Of a stretch of 64,000 nt of DNA, positions 1 to 11,800 are shown piece after piece. Position numbers and translations under genes: made by a program. The notes below the pieces were generated by a model, which saw nothing but the letters and a program-made list of their open reading frames with translations, made no database searches and was not told where the DNA came from. The number at the start of each line of letters is the position of its first letter. Within the stretch, counting starts at the first letter, position 1. Origin of the DNA: Thraustochytrium aureum. Its lineage: Eukaryota. The stretch is taken from the NCBI GenBank assembly GCA_012862495.1, contig BLSG01000197.1:62591-126590 (forward strand). Reading direction: 5' to 3'.

Positions 1-3000
1 CAGCCCGGTTGGCGGAGATAAAGTCGAAAAAGCCGAGCGCGCCGCGCTCCCGCTTTTCTTTGGCGTCGTGCACCACTTGCGCGAAGTGGTAGGCATAGAA
101 GTGGTAGTAGGCTCCCAGCACCAAGCTGAGCGAGAGGATGAGCACGTAGCAGTTGAAGAAGATTGTGATCACGTAGACGACGGCAGGGATTGACCCAATC
201 GAGCGCGCGTTGAGCGCACTCTGAATCCCGATTTGCGACGCACCGGCGAGGGCGGTGGCAAACGCTTGCAAGACCGAACGCGAGTCGCTGTTGCTCGTTG
301 TGAGCAGAGCGTACGAAAGGGCGAAAATGAAGACCGCCGGGATGAGGAACACCGCGATGGCCAGCACAAATGCGGAGACCGCTCTAGCGACGTCAAAGAG
401 GACCGCGACGTCGCGACGCGCAAGCTTGAGCCAAGCGCAGAGCCGCAGCGAGAGCAAAACTACAGTCACAGAGTCAAAGTTGGCGACTCGCACATAGGCC
501 TTGTGCACGCTAATTGCGTTCCACGGCTCGGACGGCGGCTTGCTGTCAAAGATCTGACGCTCCTCGCTCTCCGAGTAGACGCTTGCGATGCCAATGCACG
601 TTGCGACCCAAACCACGACGAAGAGACCAAGCAGCAGCGAGTTTGACTGCCAGATGCGCTTCAGCGTGCGCTTGTTCCAGTCAAGGAGCCCCATGTGCTC
701 CTCGCCACCGACTGGCGGGTCCGTCCCGTCCTCAGAGCCGTTCTCGCCGTTCACGCTAGCACGGCGGCGCCCTTTGCGGACGCCTGCGGCCCCATGCTCG
801 TTTTCCTCCTCGTTCTGTGCGCCAAAGAGACCCAACATGCCCTTTGTCTGCAAGACAAAGGTGCCCACGACCAGCACAAACAGGATCCAACGCAAAAAGT
901 TGGCGATGTACCAGGTCGAACCTTCACCTGTATTGGTGTCAAAGGTGCGCACACGGTACGCAGTCTGAATATGCGCGGAATCTGACACCTCGAAGAGAAA
1001 TTCGACGCTCACGAACGCGTCCACATTCAGATTGACAAAGCCCAGCGTCAGGACGATGCCCCGAGTCGCGGCACCGATCCAATCGAGGCGGATAAGGTTG
1101 ATGGCATCCACAATCCACCTTCGTTTGCTCGCTGCGAGGATCTCCTCCGGGGTCGCGCTTTGGTCACCGCCTTGGCCCTGCCCCCCGTCGCCACCCGCGT
1201 CGAGCGTTGCGTCCCCAAGATTCCCGAAGAGGTGCACGAAGCCGCTCGGGTCGTAGTCCGCAAAAGTCCCTTCGATCGTTTCTGTGTTTGAAAGTTCGTT
1301 CACAAACCTCAACGACGCATCATAGTCCGAAGCCTCCAGACCGCCAACAAGAGTGGCATTTTCTGGCGGCACGAGCGGGTCTGTGGCGCGAGTTTCAATA
1401 GAATACGGACCCAGACACGAGCCGCGGGCCGAATTTTCGCTGGGCGAGCTTGGGCAATCGGTGGGCTTGACGCGAAGCTGCCGCATCGTGAGTATCTCGG
1501 CTCGNNNNNNNNNNNNNNNNNNNNNNNNNNNNNNNNNNNNNNNNNNNNNNNNNNNNNNNNNNNNNNNNNNNNNNNNNNNNNNNNNNNNNNNNNNNNNNNN
1601 NNNNNNNNNNNNNNNNNNNNNNNNNNNNNNNNNNNNNNNNNNNNNNNNNNNNNNNNNNNNNNNNNNNNNNNNNNNNNNNNNNNNNNNNNNNNNNNNNNNN
1701 NNNNNNNNNNNNNNNCCTAAAGAGCGGCCCCGTTACAAACCCCCAGAGGCAGCCTCCGTTGAAAATGCCGTCAAAACCTATCGGCGCGGACACGAAAAGG
1801 TCCTCCGCTCGCCCGCCCTGGACGAAGCTTGCCAGCGAGATGTTGAAGCAGACCGTTGGAGAAAGCACCGTTTCCTTGACCCACGTGCTGAGCATTCGCC
1901 CCTGCATGCCCGGAGAAAACTCGAGAAACACGATGGAATACGCGAGCCCGAGAGCGAGCAATGTGACGGCCACGTCCGCAAAGGCCGTCCAAAAAGCCGA
2001 CTTGTCACGCGAGCTGGGGCCGTTGCTCGTTTCCACCCTTTGCGATCGCTCGAACGACTGCACGGAGCGCGCCACAGCCTCGCCAACGCTGATGGTCGGG
2101 CCAGGACCTTCCCCCGACGCGAGCGTCACTGCCGCAAGCTCGTTCCAGCCGTGTTCAAAGGCTGCTTCGTCGACCTGCTCGTCCAGCCTGCCCATGTACG
2201 CCGTCCACCACGACTTGACGCGCTTTTGCTCAACTGGGACCGCCGACTGCAGCGCCTCAGAGAACACAGCAAAGGACAGCCCGCCGCCGCTCCCCGCACC
2301 CGCCCGTCGGGCCTCGGCGCCTGCTGCATTCATCCAGGCAAGGACGCGAGCCGCTCCTGGCGTGCCGTCTTCGGCGGTTTGGACCGCGGCGCTTCCGCTA
2401 GACGTTGCTCTGCCACGCGGCGGTCTGGCCGAGCGCGCGGCCAGCCCAACCGCCTCTCTTGAGCGCATCTTGGAAAGGGACTCGACGATACTGACGCAGC
2501 CGGCCAGGCCGACGAGCGGCTCGGAGCTGACAGACTGCCTATTGAGGATGAGCTGAGCCTGTTCTTGGAAAAGGACCTGGAGCGTCTGGCGATCAAAGTA
2601 GAATCCCTCGAAATAGTCGTGCACAACGCGCACAAACTGCTCGAAGGTCACGTAGCCACCGTCCTCCTGCTCCGGCAACTCGCGGTCGCGCTGCAAAAAA
2701 ATGCGCCGAAGCTGCTGGAGCCGGACGTGCCCAGGGCCGCTGTCCCCCGCGCCCCGTGCGCCGCCGTCGGGGAGAGCGAGGCCCCCGTCGGGACCGGGGC
2801 TGGGTCCAGCGGGACGGGGAGTCAGGTACAGTGGTGGAAGTGTAAAGGGTTGGCGCACAAAGGGCGAGTCGCTGATCCCGTTGCATCCAAAGCCCCGTCC
2901 AAGGTCATAGCCGAGGGCCTCCATGTTTGCGACGACGCGCTCCCCAACAAGGAACTCGTGCGCCACGAAGTCCGTGCTTGCCACGGAAAAGTTGGCGAGG

Positions 3001-3593
3001 ATCATAAACTCGCTCTCGTCCAGCTCCCAAAAGTCGCATATGCAGTGCAGCAAGGTCCCGAACGTTGTGGCCTCGTCGACATTGAATGTTGCAGAAACCC
3101 CAGCGTTCGGTCCGCCGAAAATTGTCAGGCGGAACGGGTGCTGGCTGTCGACGTCGTTCGCAGCGCTCGCACGTGCTGTGGTCGCGACAGAGCCGCTCGT
3201 CCCCGGACGCGGTTTGTTGATCCCGAGGCTCCGGAGGGCCTGAGAAACGCCGAGCGCAGCGTTCGCGCCGTCCTCGCCGGCAGCCGCGCGGAGCGCTTCG
3301 TCGAGCGCCTGGAGCTTGGCAATGCGGGCTTCCAGCTCGCTGTCGGCATTTGCTACGTATGGCGCATCGGAGGGCAGCGGTCGGCCAGCACCAACAGTCT
3401 TTGGCGTGTTGGGTTCCAAGTCTAGCAGCACCTGCCCGCCCAGCGCGTCGTCCTCCCTGCCTCGCCTCTCCACGAACTCGCGCGCGCTCGCGGCCTCGTC
3501 CGAGACATTCGCAAGCCGATACCGCAGCGAGGTCAGCTGCGCCTTGGCCGCCTCCAAGGACCGTTGCAGGACTTGGGCCTCGGCGCCTTCCAT
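1..3593 (-). CDS. Polycystin-2/TRPP (PKD2)-like channel protein; 3' end runs off the window, gap at 1505-1715
   Basis: ORF 1395..3593 supplies the N-terminus and TM1. After the gap, a minus frame absent from the ORF track (manually translated, no stop seen) runs from 1504 to 1. It reads MRQLRVKPTDC...CLGPYS, GTFADYDPSGF and WIGAATRGIVLTLGFVNLNVDAF, matching the polycystin TOP-domain motifs, followed by five more hydrophobic helices. Confidence 0.85.
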
Positions 3594-3744
3594 CGTCGCA
3601 ACGAAGAGATCGATGGCCGCACCGCCGGCCCGCCTCTCCTACCGCGCGACAAAGCGAGCTTGCGCGTGCCGCAGCAGCCTCCTGCGCGCCTCTTCCCGCG
3701 AGCGCTCGTGTCTCGCGGCGAGCCTTGCTGGGCCTCAAAGGGGT

Positions 3745-3767
3745 CTGCCTGCCTGCCTGCCTGCCTG
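3745..3767. repeat. (CTGC)n tetranucleotide microsatellite upstream of the polycystin ATG
   Basis: ctgcctgcctgcctgcctgcctg read directly. Confidence 0.9.
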
Positions 3768-4004
3768 AACGTCTGCCAAGCGAGACCTCGAACGGCAGGG
3801 GACTCGCTCAACAGGATACTAGTCGCAGCATGGACGCAGGGACTCGTTGGAGGCCATGTTCTCGAGTGTGCTCGAGGCCCCGCTGGCCCGGGGGCAAGGC
3901 GATCGTCCTCGCTACTGGCGTGGCGGCGGCGAGGGCTTGATGCCTGCCCGAGCGCCGCTTCCATACGAGTAAGAAGAAAACAATTAAAATTAATAGTCTC
4001 GCGT

Positions 4005-5251
4005 CTACGACTCGGCAGAGCCCGACGGCCGCGGCGCCGAACTGGGAAGCAGCGGTGCGATGAGCGCTTGGAAATGCTCGTGCATATCTTGGATGTACTC
4101 GGAGTCCATCTGGCCTTGCTCGTTCACCTTGGGGAAACGGCGGCCCCAGATCTTGCTATAAGCATCGTCATTGAGGGGGTACGAGTGCACGAACAGCACG
4201 TGGGAGTGAGAGTCGGGCTGATTGACATCCGGCCAGCAGACCTGGCTCTGAAGGAGCGGGGAAGCGACCCGCACGGTTTTGTTGGAGGACGCACTGTCCT
4301 TGTCGTCATCTGCAAATGCCGGGAGGACCTTGGTCACCGAAGAACTCTGCACGAGCACGTGGGCCGTCACGCTGACGCCGTCGTGACCGGCCGCGTGGCG
4401 CGGCGAGACGGCTGCGGGGAAAATCTCCACGTCCTCGCTCGCGACAACGCAAATCATCTCGCGCGTGTTCTCGTTCTTAATAAAGCTGCGGACGCGGATG
4501 ACTTGCATGTCCTTCCTCTGGCTCGGCTCCAGCTTGACCTCGCCGATCTGAGATTGAGAAATGTCTTCCGCAAAGCGGACGGTATTGTCGAGGTTGAGGT
4601 GCTTGTAGTGCTCGTTCATGTAGTCGGGATCAGACTTGACCTTGCGGCAGACCTCGTCGAGCGACGTGGCTTTGATGGGGATGCAGAGCACCTCCATGCG
4701 GATGTTGATTCGCTTGGCCTCCTTGACCGTGCAGCCCAGCGGCATTAATTGGTACTTGAAATGTACAGTCCAGCCCGCGACCACGATCGATTCGCCGTCC
4801 TTCCAAGAAGGGTCCACCGCGCTCGTGTAGGCCAGCCCGGTGGCCTGGCCCACAGCCGCTCGGAGCCCTGAGTAGAGCAGGCGGTACTTTTCCTCGGGCG
4901 TGATGGCCGGTGCGCTCTGCGTCGCTTGGACAATATTGTGTACAAATATCTTGTGCTGGCGGATCTCTCTGCGCAGGAGCTCATTCTCGAGCTCCAGGTC
5001 AGTGGTCCCGCCGCCGCGCAGAGACAAGAGGTCGGTCTGCAGCTCGGCAATCTTTCCGAGCAGGATTTCCCGCTCCTTCTCGATCTCGCCGTTGCGGATG
5101 CGCAGCATCTCGGCTTCGCGCTTGCGCTTTTCGCGAAACTTTTTGCACTTGAGAGAGTTTCTTGCGTTGTGGCTCTCCATGCTCAGCTTGCCGCCGGGGG
5201 ACGGGAGGCCATGCGATTTGCCGTCCTCGCTCCCAACAGAGTCGGACGAGG
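4005..5251 (-). CDS. bZIP transcription factor with a C-terminal globular (possibly START/SRPBCC-like) domain; 5' end in the gap
   Basis: HNARNSLKCKKFREKRKR is a basic region with N-x7-R spacing, followed by a heptad zipper (LRIRNGEIEKEREILLGKIAELQTDL). About 300 aa of alpha/beta-like sequence follows. Confidence 0.75.
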
Positions 5252-6113
5252 ANNNNNNNNNNNNNNNNNNNNNNNNNNNNNNNNNNNNNNNNNNNNNNNN
5301 NNNNNNNNNNNNNNNNNNNNNNNNNNNNNNNNNNNNNNNNNNNNNNNNNNNNNNNNNNNNNNNNNNNNNNNNNNNNNNNNNNNNNNNNNNNNNNNNNNNN
5401 NNNNNNNNNNNNNNNNNNNNNNNNNNNNNNNNNNNNNNNNNNNNNNNNNNNNNNNNNNNNNNNNNNNNNNNNNNNNNNNNNNNNNNNNNNNNNNNNNNNN
5501 NNNNNNNNNNNNNNNNNNNNNNNNNNNNNNNNNNNNNNNNNNNNNNNNNNNNNNNNNNNNNNNNNNNNNNNNNNNNNNNNNNNNNNNNNNNNNNNNNNNN
5601 NNNNNNNNNNNNNNNNNNNNNNNNNNNNNNNNNNNNNNNNNNNNNNNNNNNNNNNNNNNNNNNNNNNNNNNNNNNNNNNNNNNNNNNNNNNNNNNNNNNN
5701 NNNNNNNNNNNNNNNNNNNNNNNNNNNNNNNNNNNNNNNNNNNNNNNNNNNNNNNNNNNNNNNNNNNNNNNNNNNNNNNNNNNNNNNNNNNNNNNNNNNN
5801 NNNNNNNNNNNNNNNNNNNNNNNNNNNNNNNNNNNNNNNNNNNNNNNNNNNNNNNNNNNNNNNNNNNNNNNNNNNNNNNNNNNNNNNNNNNNNNNNNNNN
5901 NNNNNNNNNNNNNNNNNNNNNNNNNNNNNNNNNNNNNNNNNNNNNNNNNNNNNNNNNAAACGTGACTTGTTGGACGGGCGCAGCCTTGGGCGCAGCTGTC
6001 AATTGCAGTGCGCGAAAGGAAAGGCTCGGGTGCCGGAGTAGGCGCCACGCGCTCGCCGATTGTCCTCACGGAAGACCCGCTGTTTGAGTTGATCGGTCTG
6101 TCACGGAGCGACG

Positions 6114-7178
6114 ATGCTCGCGTCCAACGCGGCCCGCCTCGGTGCCGCCACGCGATGGGCTGGAAGGAGGTGGATGAGCTCTGACAAGGTCAAGGTGACT
6201 GCAAGCATGGTCAAGGAGCTCAGGGACCGCACCGGGTCGCCGATGATGGAGTGCAAGAAGGCGCTGAGCGACCCTGAAGTGAACGGGGACATGCAAGCGG
6301 CCACCGAGTGGCTGCGGAAGCAAGGCGTCGCCATGGCCGCGAAGAAGATGGACCGCGCCATGAACGACGGGCTGATTGGCCTCGCGCTTGGCAAGCGAGT
6401 CGCCTGCCTAATCGACGTGAGCAGCGAAACGGACTTCGTGGCCCGCAACGAGCAGTTCCAAAACATCGTCAAGGACATCGGCGAGACGGCCCTGGGCCTC
6501 GGCGCGACGGGCGATGTGACCGCCGCGCTGCTCAAGGCGAGCACACCCAGTGGCGACGGCGTGGCGGAGGCGCTCGTGCAAGGCACGGCGACCATGGGCG
6601 AAAACCTCGGCCTTAAGAGCGCGTTCGGCATGGCCGTCGAGCGGGGCGTGATCGGGACGTACGTGCACCAAGTGCGCGGCGAGCCGCGCCAGCTGGCGGA
6701 CGGAAGCGTTGTTAGCACAGGCACGCAGGGCGCCCTCGTCGCTGTCGAAGCCGACGCAGACGTGGGCGACATCAACGCGCTGCAAGAATTCGCCAACAAG
6801 CTGGCCATGCACTTGGTCGGCGCCCAGGCCCAGTTCCTGGACGCGATCCCAAGCAGCGTGGAGGAGCGCGAGCGCGCCATCGAGATGGAACGGCTCCTCA
6901 ACGAAGCCAACGAGAAGAGCGCTGGCAAGGAGGTTGACCCGGCGGTCCTCGAGAGCCGCGCCTCGAAAAAGGTCGAGAAGCTGCTCAAGAAGATGCGCGA
7001 AGAGGAGATTTTGCTCGACCAGCAGTTTGTCTCGATGGACGCCTCGCTCACTGGCAAGGTTTCCAAGGCGCTGCAGACAGCCGGCAAAGCGGCCGGCGCC
7101 AAGTTGAGCGTCCCGGTCGCGGTGCGATTCCGCGTTGGCGCCGAGTCGCAGACTGTACTGACCCCAGTCAAGCCGTGA
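6114..7178 (+). CDS. TSFM: Mitochondrial translation elongation factor Ts
   Basis: VKELRDRTGSPMMECKKAL (UBA-like N-terminus), SETDFVARN, LAMHLVG and LLDQQFV motifs. The Arg/Ala-rich N-terminus resembles a mitochondrial presequence. Confidence 0.95.
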   Translation: MLASNAARLGAATRWAGRRWMSSDKVKVTASMVKELRDRTGSPMMECKKALSDPEVNGDMQAATEWLRKQGVAMAAKKMDRAMNDGLIGLALGKRVACLIDVSSETDFVARNEQFQNIVKDIGETALGLGATGDVTAALLKASTPSGDGVAEALVQGTATMGENLGLKSAFGMAVERGVIGTYVHQVRGEPRQLADGSVVSTGTQGALVAVEADADVGDINALQEFANKLAMHLVGAQAQFLDAIPSSVEERERAIEMERLLNEANEKSAGKEVDPAVLESRASKKVEKLLKKMREEEILLDQQFVSMDASLTGKVSKALQTAGKAAGAKLSVPVAVRFRVGAESQTVLTPVKP

Positions 7179-7311
7179 GCGCGAGCGCGAGGCAGGGGCA
7201 ACAATCGTTTCCCACGCCCATGCCTTCGAGAAATCCACCGAAATTTTCTTTTTGGGGGTTTTCTTTTTTCTCCTCCGACGCTTTTCCTCCATTCCTGGGC
7301 CGCCCGGCGGC

Positions 7312-8250
7312 TTAGGGGCTGAGCTCGTCCAGCACGTTGGACTTTGGCTTCGGCTGCATCACCACCTGCAAGTCCTCGTCTGTCTCGCCCTCGGGCGGCA
7401 CGAACGTCGGGAACGGCAAGTTGGACTCCGCCCCGTTGTAGAGCTTGAGCGGCTTTTTGATTGCGTCCTTGATGCGAACGACGTTGCCTTTGTGGCCCGG
7501 GACTGACCCCTCGATAAAAATCAGGTTGCGCGCAGGGTCTACCTTGAAGACGACCATGTTCTGCACCGTCTTGGTCTTGTTGCCCATGCGGCCGGGCATC
7601 TTCTTGCCCTTCCAGACGCGGCCCAGGGTCCTGGCACTGGCCGATCGAGCCGACGGAGCGGTGCGCCAGCGAGACACCGTGAGAGGCCGGCTGCCCCTTG
7701 AATCCCCACCGCTTCATGCCGCCTTGAAACCCCTTGCCGATGGTTGTGCCCTGGATGTCGACGAACTGGCCCGGCACAAAGTGTCGTGCCGTCAGCTCTG
7801 TGCCAGGGGGAAGGAGTCCCTCCTCGGTGACCTGAAACTCGGCGAGGTGCCTGCGCGGCGGCACGCCCACGCTGGAAAAGTGGCCCAGCTGCGGCTTTTC
7901 ACGCGCTTGGCCTTGACCGGCCCGGCGCCGACCTGAACCGCATTAACGCCGTCCTTGGCCTTCACCTTGGTCTGCACCACAAAGCAGTCCTCCACCTTGA
8001 GGACCGTCAGCGGGCGGATTTGGCCGTACTCGTTGAACCCGGTCATCATGCCCACCTTGAGTGCGATCAGCCCCGTGCGCCTGGGCAGGTCGTGCGTGCT
8101 CGGCTTGGGCTTTCCGCGAAACAGGTAAAACCTCTCCGGATCGAGCTCCATGTCTTCAAACCACTTCGTATCCGTAACCTTGCCCACCATCGCGCGGCTC
8201 GCCACGCCTCCAGCTCGTGCGAGGGCCCTGGGCCGCGAGTTCCCCAGCAT
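7312..8250 (-). CDS. MRPL3: Mitochondrial ribosomal protein L3 (uL3m), interrupted by two compensating 1-nt indels (~7897, ~7623)
   Basis: Three consecutive ORF pieces give GLIALKVGMM, then GTTIGKGFQGGMKRWGFKGQPASHG, then RVWKGKKMPGRMG...GSVPG. The start is uncertain: ATG at 8250, or 8311 with another indel. Confidence 0.93.
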
Positions 8251-8397
8251 CCCCGTCCGCCGCGCCGCGGCGCCCACGGAGGGCGCCTGCCGCGGGCCTC
8301 ACGGCGCTCATTTTTTCCGCCTACCAAGGCCCTCGACTCGGCCCCAGCCAGCACCGCGCAACCGCACGGCCTCCTCCAACTGCTCCTGCTCCTACGC

Positions 8398-8402
<5 letters not shown>

Positions 8403-8441
<39 letters not shown>
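8403..8441. repeat. (GCT/CAG)n trinucleotide microsatellite with a degenerate tail to ~8505
   Basis: About 13 perfect gct units, in the intergenic region upstream of MRPL3. Confidence 0.95.
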
Positions 8442-8442
<1 letters not shown>

Positions 8443-8837
8443 GAAGGGGCTGTGCTGCTGTTGTGCTGCTGCTGTTGTGCTGCTGCTCTGCTGTGTTGTT
8501 GTTTGTTCGTGGTGGCGACGACCGACCAACACATAGAGACAACGACCATCGGGAAATGTGCCCGCGCAGGACGCCGTCGTTCCCGTGGAGCGCTCGATGG
8601 CCTGCGCGGAGCGGCGGGGCCATGGCCATGCTGGGCCTGCTGTTGCATGGGATGCATGGCGAATGCTCGTCGCGGCGGGCGCGATGCGGCATGCAGGGTG
8701 GGTCAACTTGGTCCCTACTAGTACGCGGCGACGCTTGTGCTTGGCCTGCGCGCTGGTCGCCGACGCTGGAGGTGTTGGAGCTGGAGTCGTTCGTCTTCTT
8801 GTTGATTGATTTCGAGAGTAGCATAGGTCTAGAGCAG

Positions 8838-11800
8838 CTAGAGGGCGTCGATGAGGGCCACCACTGGAGGCGCGAGGCGCGAGAAGGAGGCGCCCAGGCC
8901 CAGCGGGCCCAGCGCGACCGTCTCGTTGCTCTGCAGCATGGTGATGCGGTCGGCAAATACCATGTAAATGTTGTCGCGCGGGGAAACAAAGACCGACAGT
9001 ATGCCTTCGCGGACCGCCCCAGCCCCCAGCGCGACCGCTGTTCCATTTAGCGCGGTCGAAGACGGCCGCAGAACGCCCTCGACAGAGACATCGAAAATAC
9101 GCCCCCGGCGGTCTGAAAACCCATACAGCCCGCCGAGACCGTCTACGATAAACACCACACTGGAACCCGAAGCCGACGGCAGGTAGAGTCCTCGAGGCAC
9201 AAGCAGGTCCCCGTTACTCGACATTGCCAGCGCCTCAACCAAGGCGGGGAACCTGAACGAGAGCGCAGTGACACTGCAAGCCGCCCCAGGGTCCACGAGA
9301 CTACATATCTGAAGCTGCTGGCTCCCAACCACCATATATACAAAGTGCAGGTCAACCGCGACCAACACTGGCGTGGTGCTCGGCTCAAACCCAACCATCA
9401 GAGCCGGGCACACGCGCCGAACTAGCCGGTGACGGTCGAACACGACCACGGTCCGCGTCACCTGGTCCTCTACAGCAAGAAACTCGCCGCCTTTTGAAAC
9501 AGCGAGCGCGCCAGCGCTCAATAAATGAGATGAGCGGGCCGCATCGGCCTCGAGCGTCGCCCACGACCTCGAAAGCGAATGCACGGTCCGCGTCGCAGCG
9601 TCGCTCACATAGGCCAAAGGCGCCTCCACATGACGCCCTGCAATTGCGAAGACAGATCGGGCCTCGCCGGTCTCCCCGCCGCAAGGAGCCCCATCGGAGC
9701 ACCGCGTCGTGCACCGGCACATGCAGCCGCCGAACCGCATCCGGTCGACGAAGCAAAACGGCTGGCCGCTCGCAATCCCGCCGTCCCGGATGCACGAACC
9801 GCTCTCAAACGTGCGCCCCCTGTACGTGAATGGAAACAAGCAGGAAGTTCCCTGAGCAGCATAGCCAGATCCATCCGTCACGCACGGCGAGTCCCCAGGC
9901 CCAGCGGCGTCTGGCTCACGGTGAACCCATTCCGTCGAGCTTGGCAGCGCCGACAAACACAGGCACTTTGCTCCTCCACCATAGAGCGCAATCGCCACGG
10001 CGCCTCGCGCTGCGCAAGCCTCAGCACACGTTCGCGGCGTTGAGGCGCCAAGAGCAACAGTCGTCGACGCAGCGTCGAAAATGCGGGCATCGCCCGATGC
10101 GCAGCCTACATGCGCATACAGGGCGCTGTCGGAAGCGACGCGCGGGAGCGCAATGCTGAAAGGCGTTATTCTCTCCGGCGATACGACGAGGGTGGCGGCC
10201 TGAATGGCCGACTCTACGCCCAAAGTAAAGTTGGCGAGGTGAATCCCTTCGTTCCGACTTCCAACGACGATCTGCGCCACAGAACTGGCCGGTGCTCCCT
10301 TGACTTCGGCACCACTCTCAGCGTCAGGGATCTCGACCACATCGGCCGAGCAGTACTCCCATCGAACGTAGGGGTCCTCCGTAAAGCACCAGGCGCCGCC
10401 TGGGGCGCCGTCCGGATTGCGGCACTCGTTGTGGTTGCCCATGCCGTCGCTGGCAAACCGAAGGTCGCGCCCGCACGCCGNNNNNNNNNNNNNNNNNNNN
10501 NNNNNNNNNNNNNNNNNNNNNNNNNNNNNNNNNNNNNNNNNNNNNNNNNNNNNNNNNNNNNNNNNNNNNNNNNNNNNNNNNNNNNNNNNNNNNNNNNNNN
10601 NNNNNNNNNNNNNNNNNNNNNNNNNNNNNNNNNNNNNNNNNNNNNNNNNNNNNNNNNNNNNNNNNNNNNNNNNNNNNNNNNNNNNNNNNNNNNNNNNNNN
10701 NNNNNNNNNNNNNNNNNNNNNNNNNNNNNNNNNNNNNNNNNNNNNNNNNNNNNNNNNNNNNNNNNNNNNNNNNNNNNNNNNNNNNNNNNNNNNNNNNNNN
10801 NNNNNNNNNNNNNNNNNNNNNNNNNNNNNNNNNNNNNNNNNNNNNNNNNNNNNNNNNNNNNNNNNNNNNNNNNNNNNNNNNNNNNNGTCCGGCCCTACGT
10901 TGTCCTCTTGAACGACAACCTGCGAAACGGTCTCAGCGAGTGCGCTGCACTCCTGCGGGAGCTTGCTGTCTGCGGTGGCGGCCTTGGCGTTTGAGAGACC
11001 CTCGCGAAGCGAGTCTGGCTGGAAGACGCCAACGAAAACGGCGGCGTTCGTGTCAGGCATTCTGAGCTTGAACGAAATTGTGTGCAGGAGTGCGGTGACC
11101 CGGTCGGGGAACTCCAGGATGTAGCGCGGGATCTGGTCGCCTGTGTTCTCGTCTACGTCTTCGACACAGCAGAGCGGCCGGAACGCGGAGCCCGAAGTCT
11201 TGGCGATGCATCGCTGTTCCAAAGGAGAGCCAAACTGCAGGAACAATCTTCCGGCGACCAGTTCCGCCCCGAGTCCTGCAACTGGTCCAGGGTGGGAAAG
11301 CACGTTCCATCTTCAACCGTCATGTTGTAAGCCTTGTCGCCGCACGGCGACGAAGTAGCGAGGCAAAACCCCGGTGCCTTTTCTGCCGGGATCTCGCACT
11401 CGCCTTGCGATCGCCCGGTCGCTGTGCATGATGCATGGTAGTCGTAGAGCGCTGTGGCTTCAGCAGTGTAAAACCCCACGAACGCGTAAAGACGGCAATC
11501 CTCGTTCGCGGCGCAGAGATCGCAAAGCGCAAACGTATTCACAAAGGTTCCCACTTCCAGCACGCCAGCTGCTTCCCAGGTTGCTTTGCAGCTCCGCGGC
11601 GTAGCACCGTTGTGCCAGCACCGTTCCCCGAAATAGCGAGCGTCGCCACACACTTCAAAGCCGCACGACGGCGCGCCTGGGGCGGCCACGCGGCCAGCCA
11701 CCCCACCCTCTGCCTCGCACGGCTCCGAAGTCCATACCAACGCACTGTCCAGTCCGCACGTGGACGGGCCACCAAGCTTTGAAAGCGAAGATGCACCGCA

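Noticed and set aside
3564..4748. 394-aa plus-strand ORF and similar long antisense ORFs throughout the window
   Set aside because: They overlap well-supported opposite-strand genes and are expected shadows in GC-rich coding DNA.
7600..7900. Euplotes-style programmed ribosomal frameshifting
   Set aside because: The shifts go in both directions and lack a shared slippery-site-plus-stop signature.
7312..8277. MRPL3 (and likewise PPCS and GCP5) as pseudogenes
   Set aside because: The motifs are fully conserved and the breaks are single-base indels, mostly in homopolymers, so assembly error is more parsimonious.
8020..9050. Poly-Leu, poly-Cys, poly-Ala, poly-Gln and poly-Ser ORFs
   Set aside because: These are translations of the intergenic (GCT)n microsatellite in different frames.
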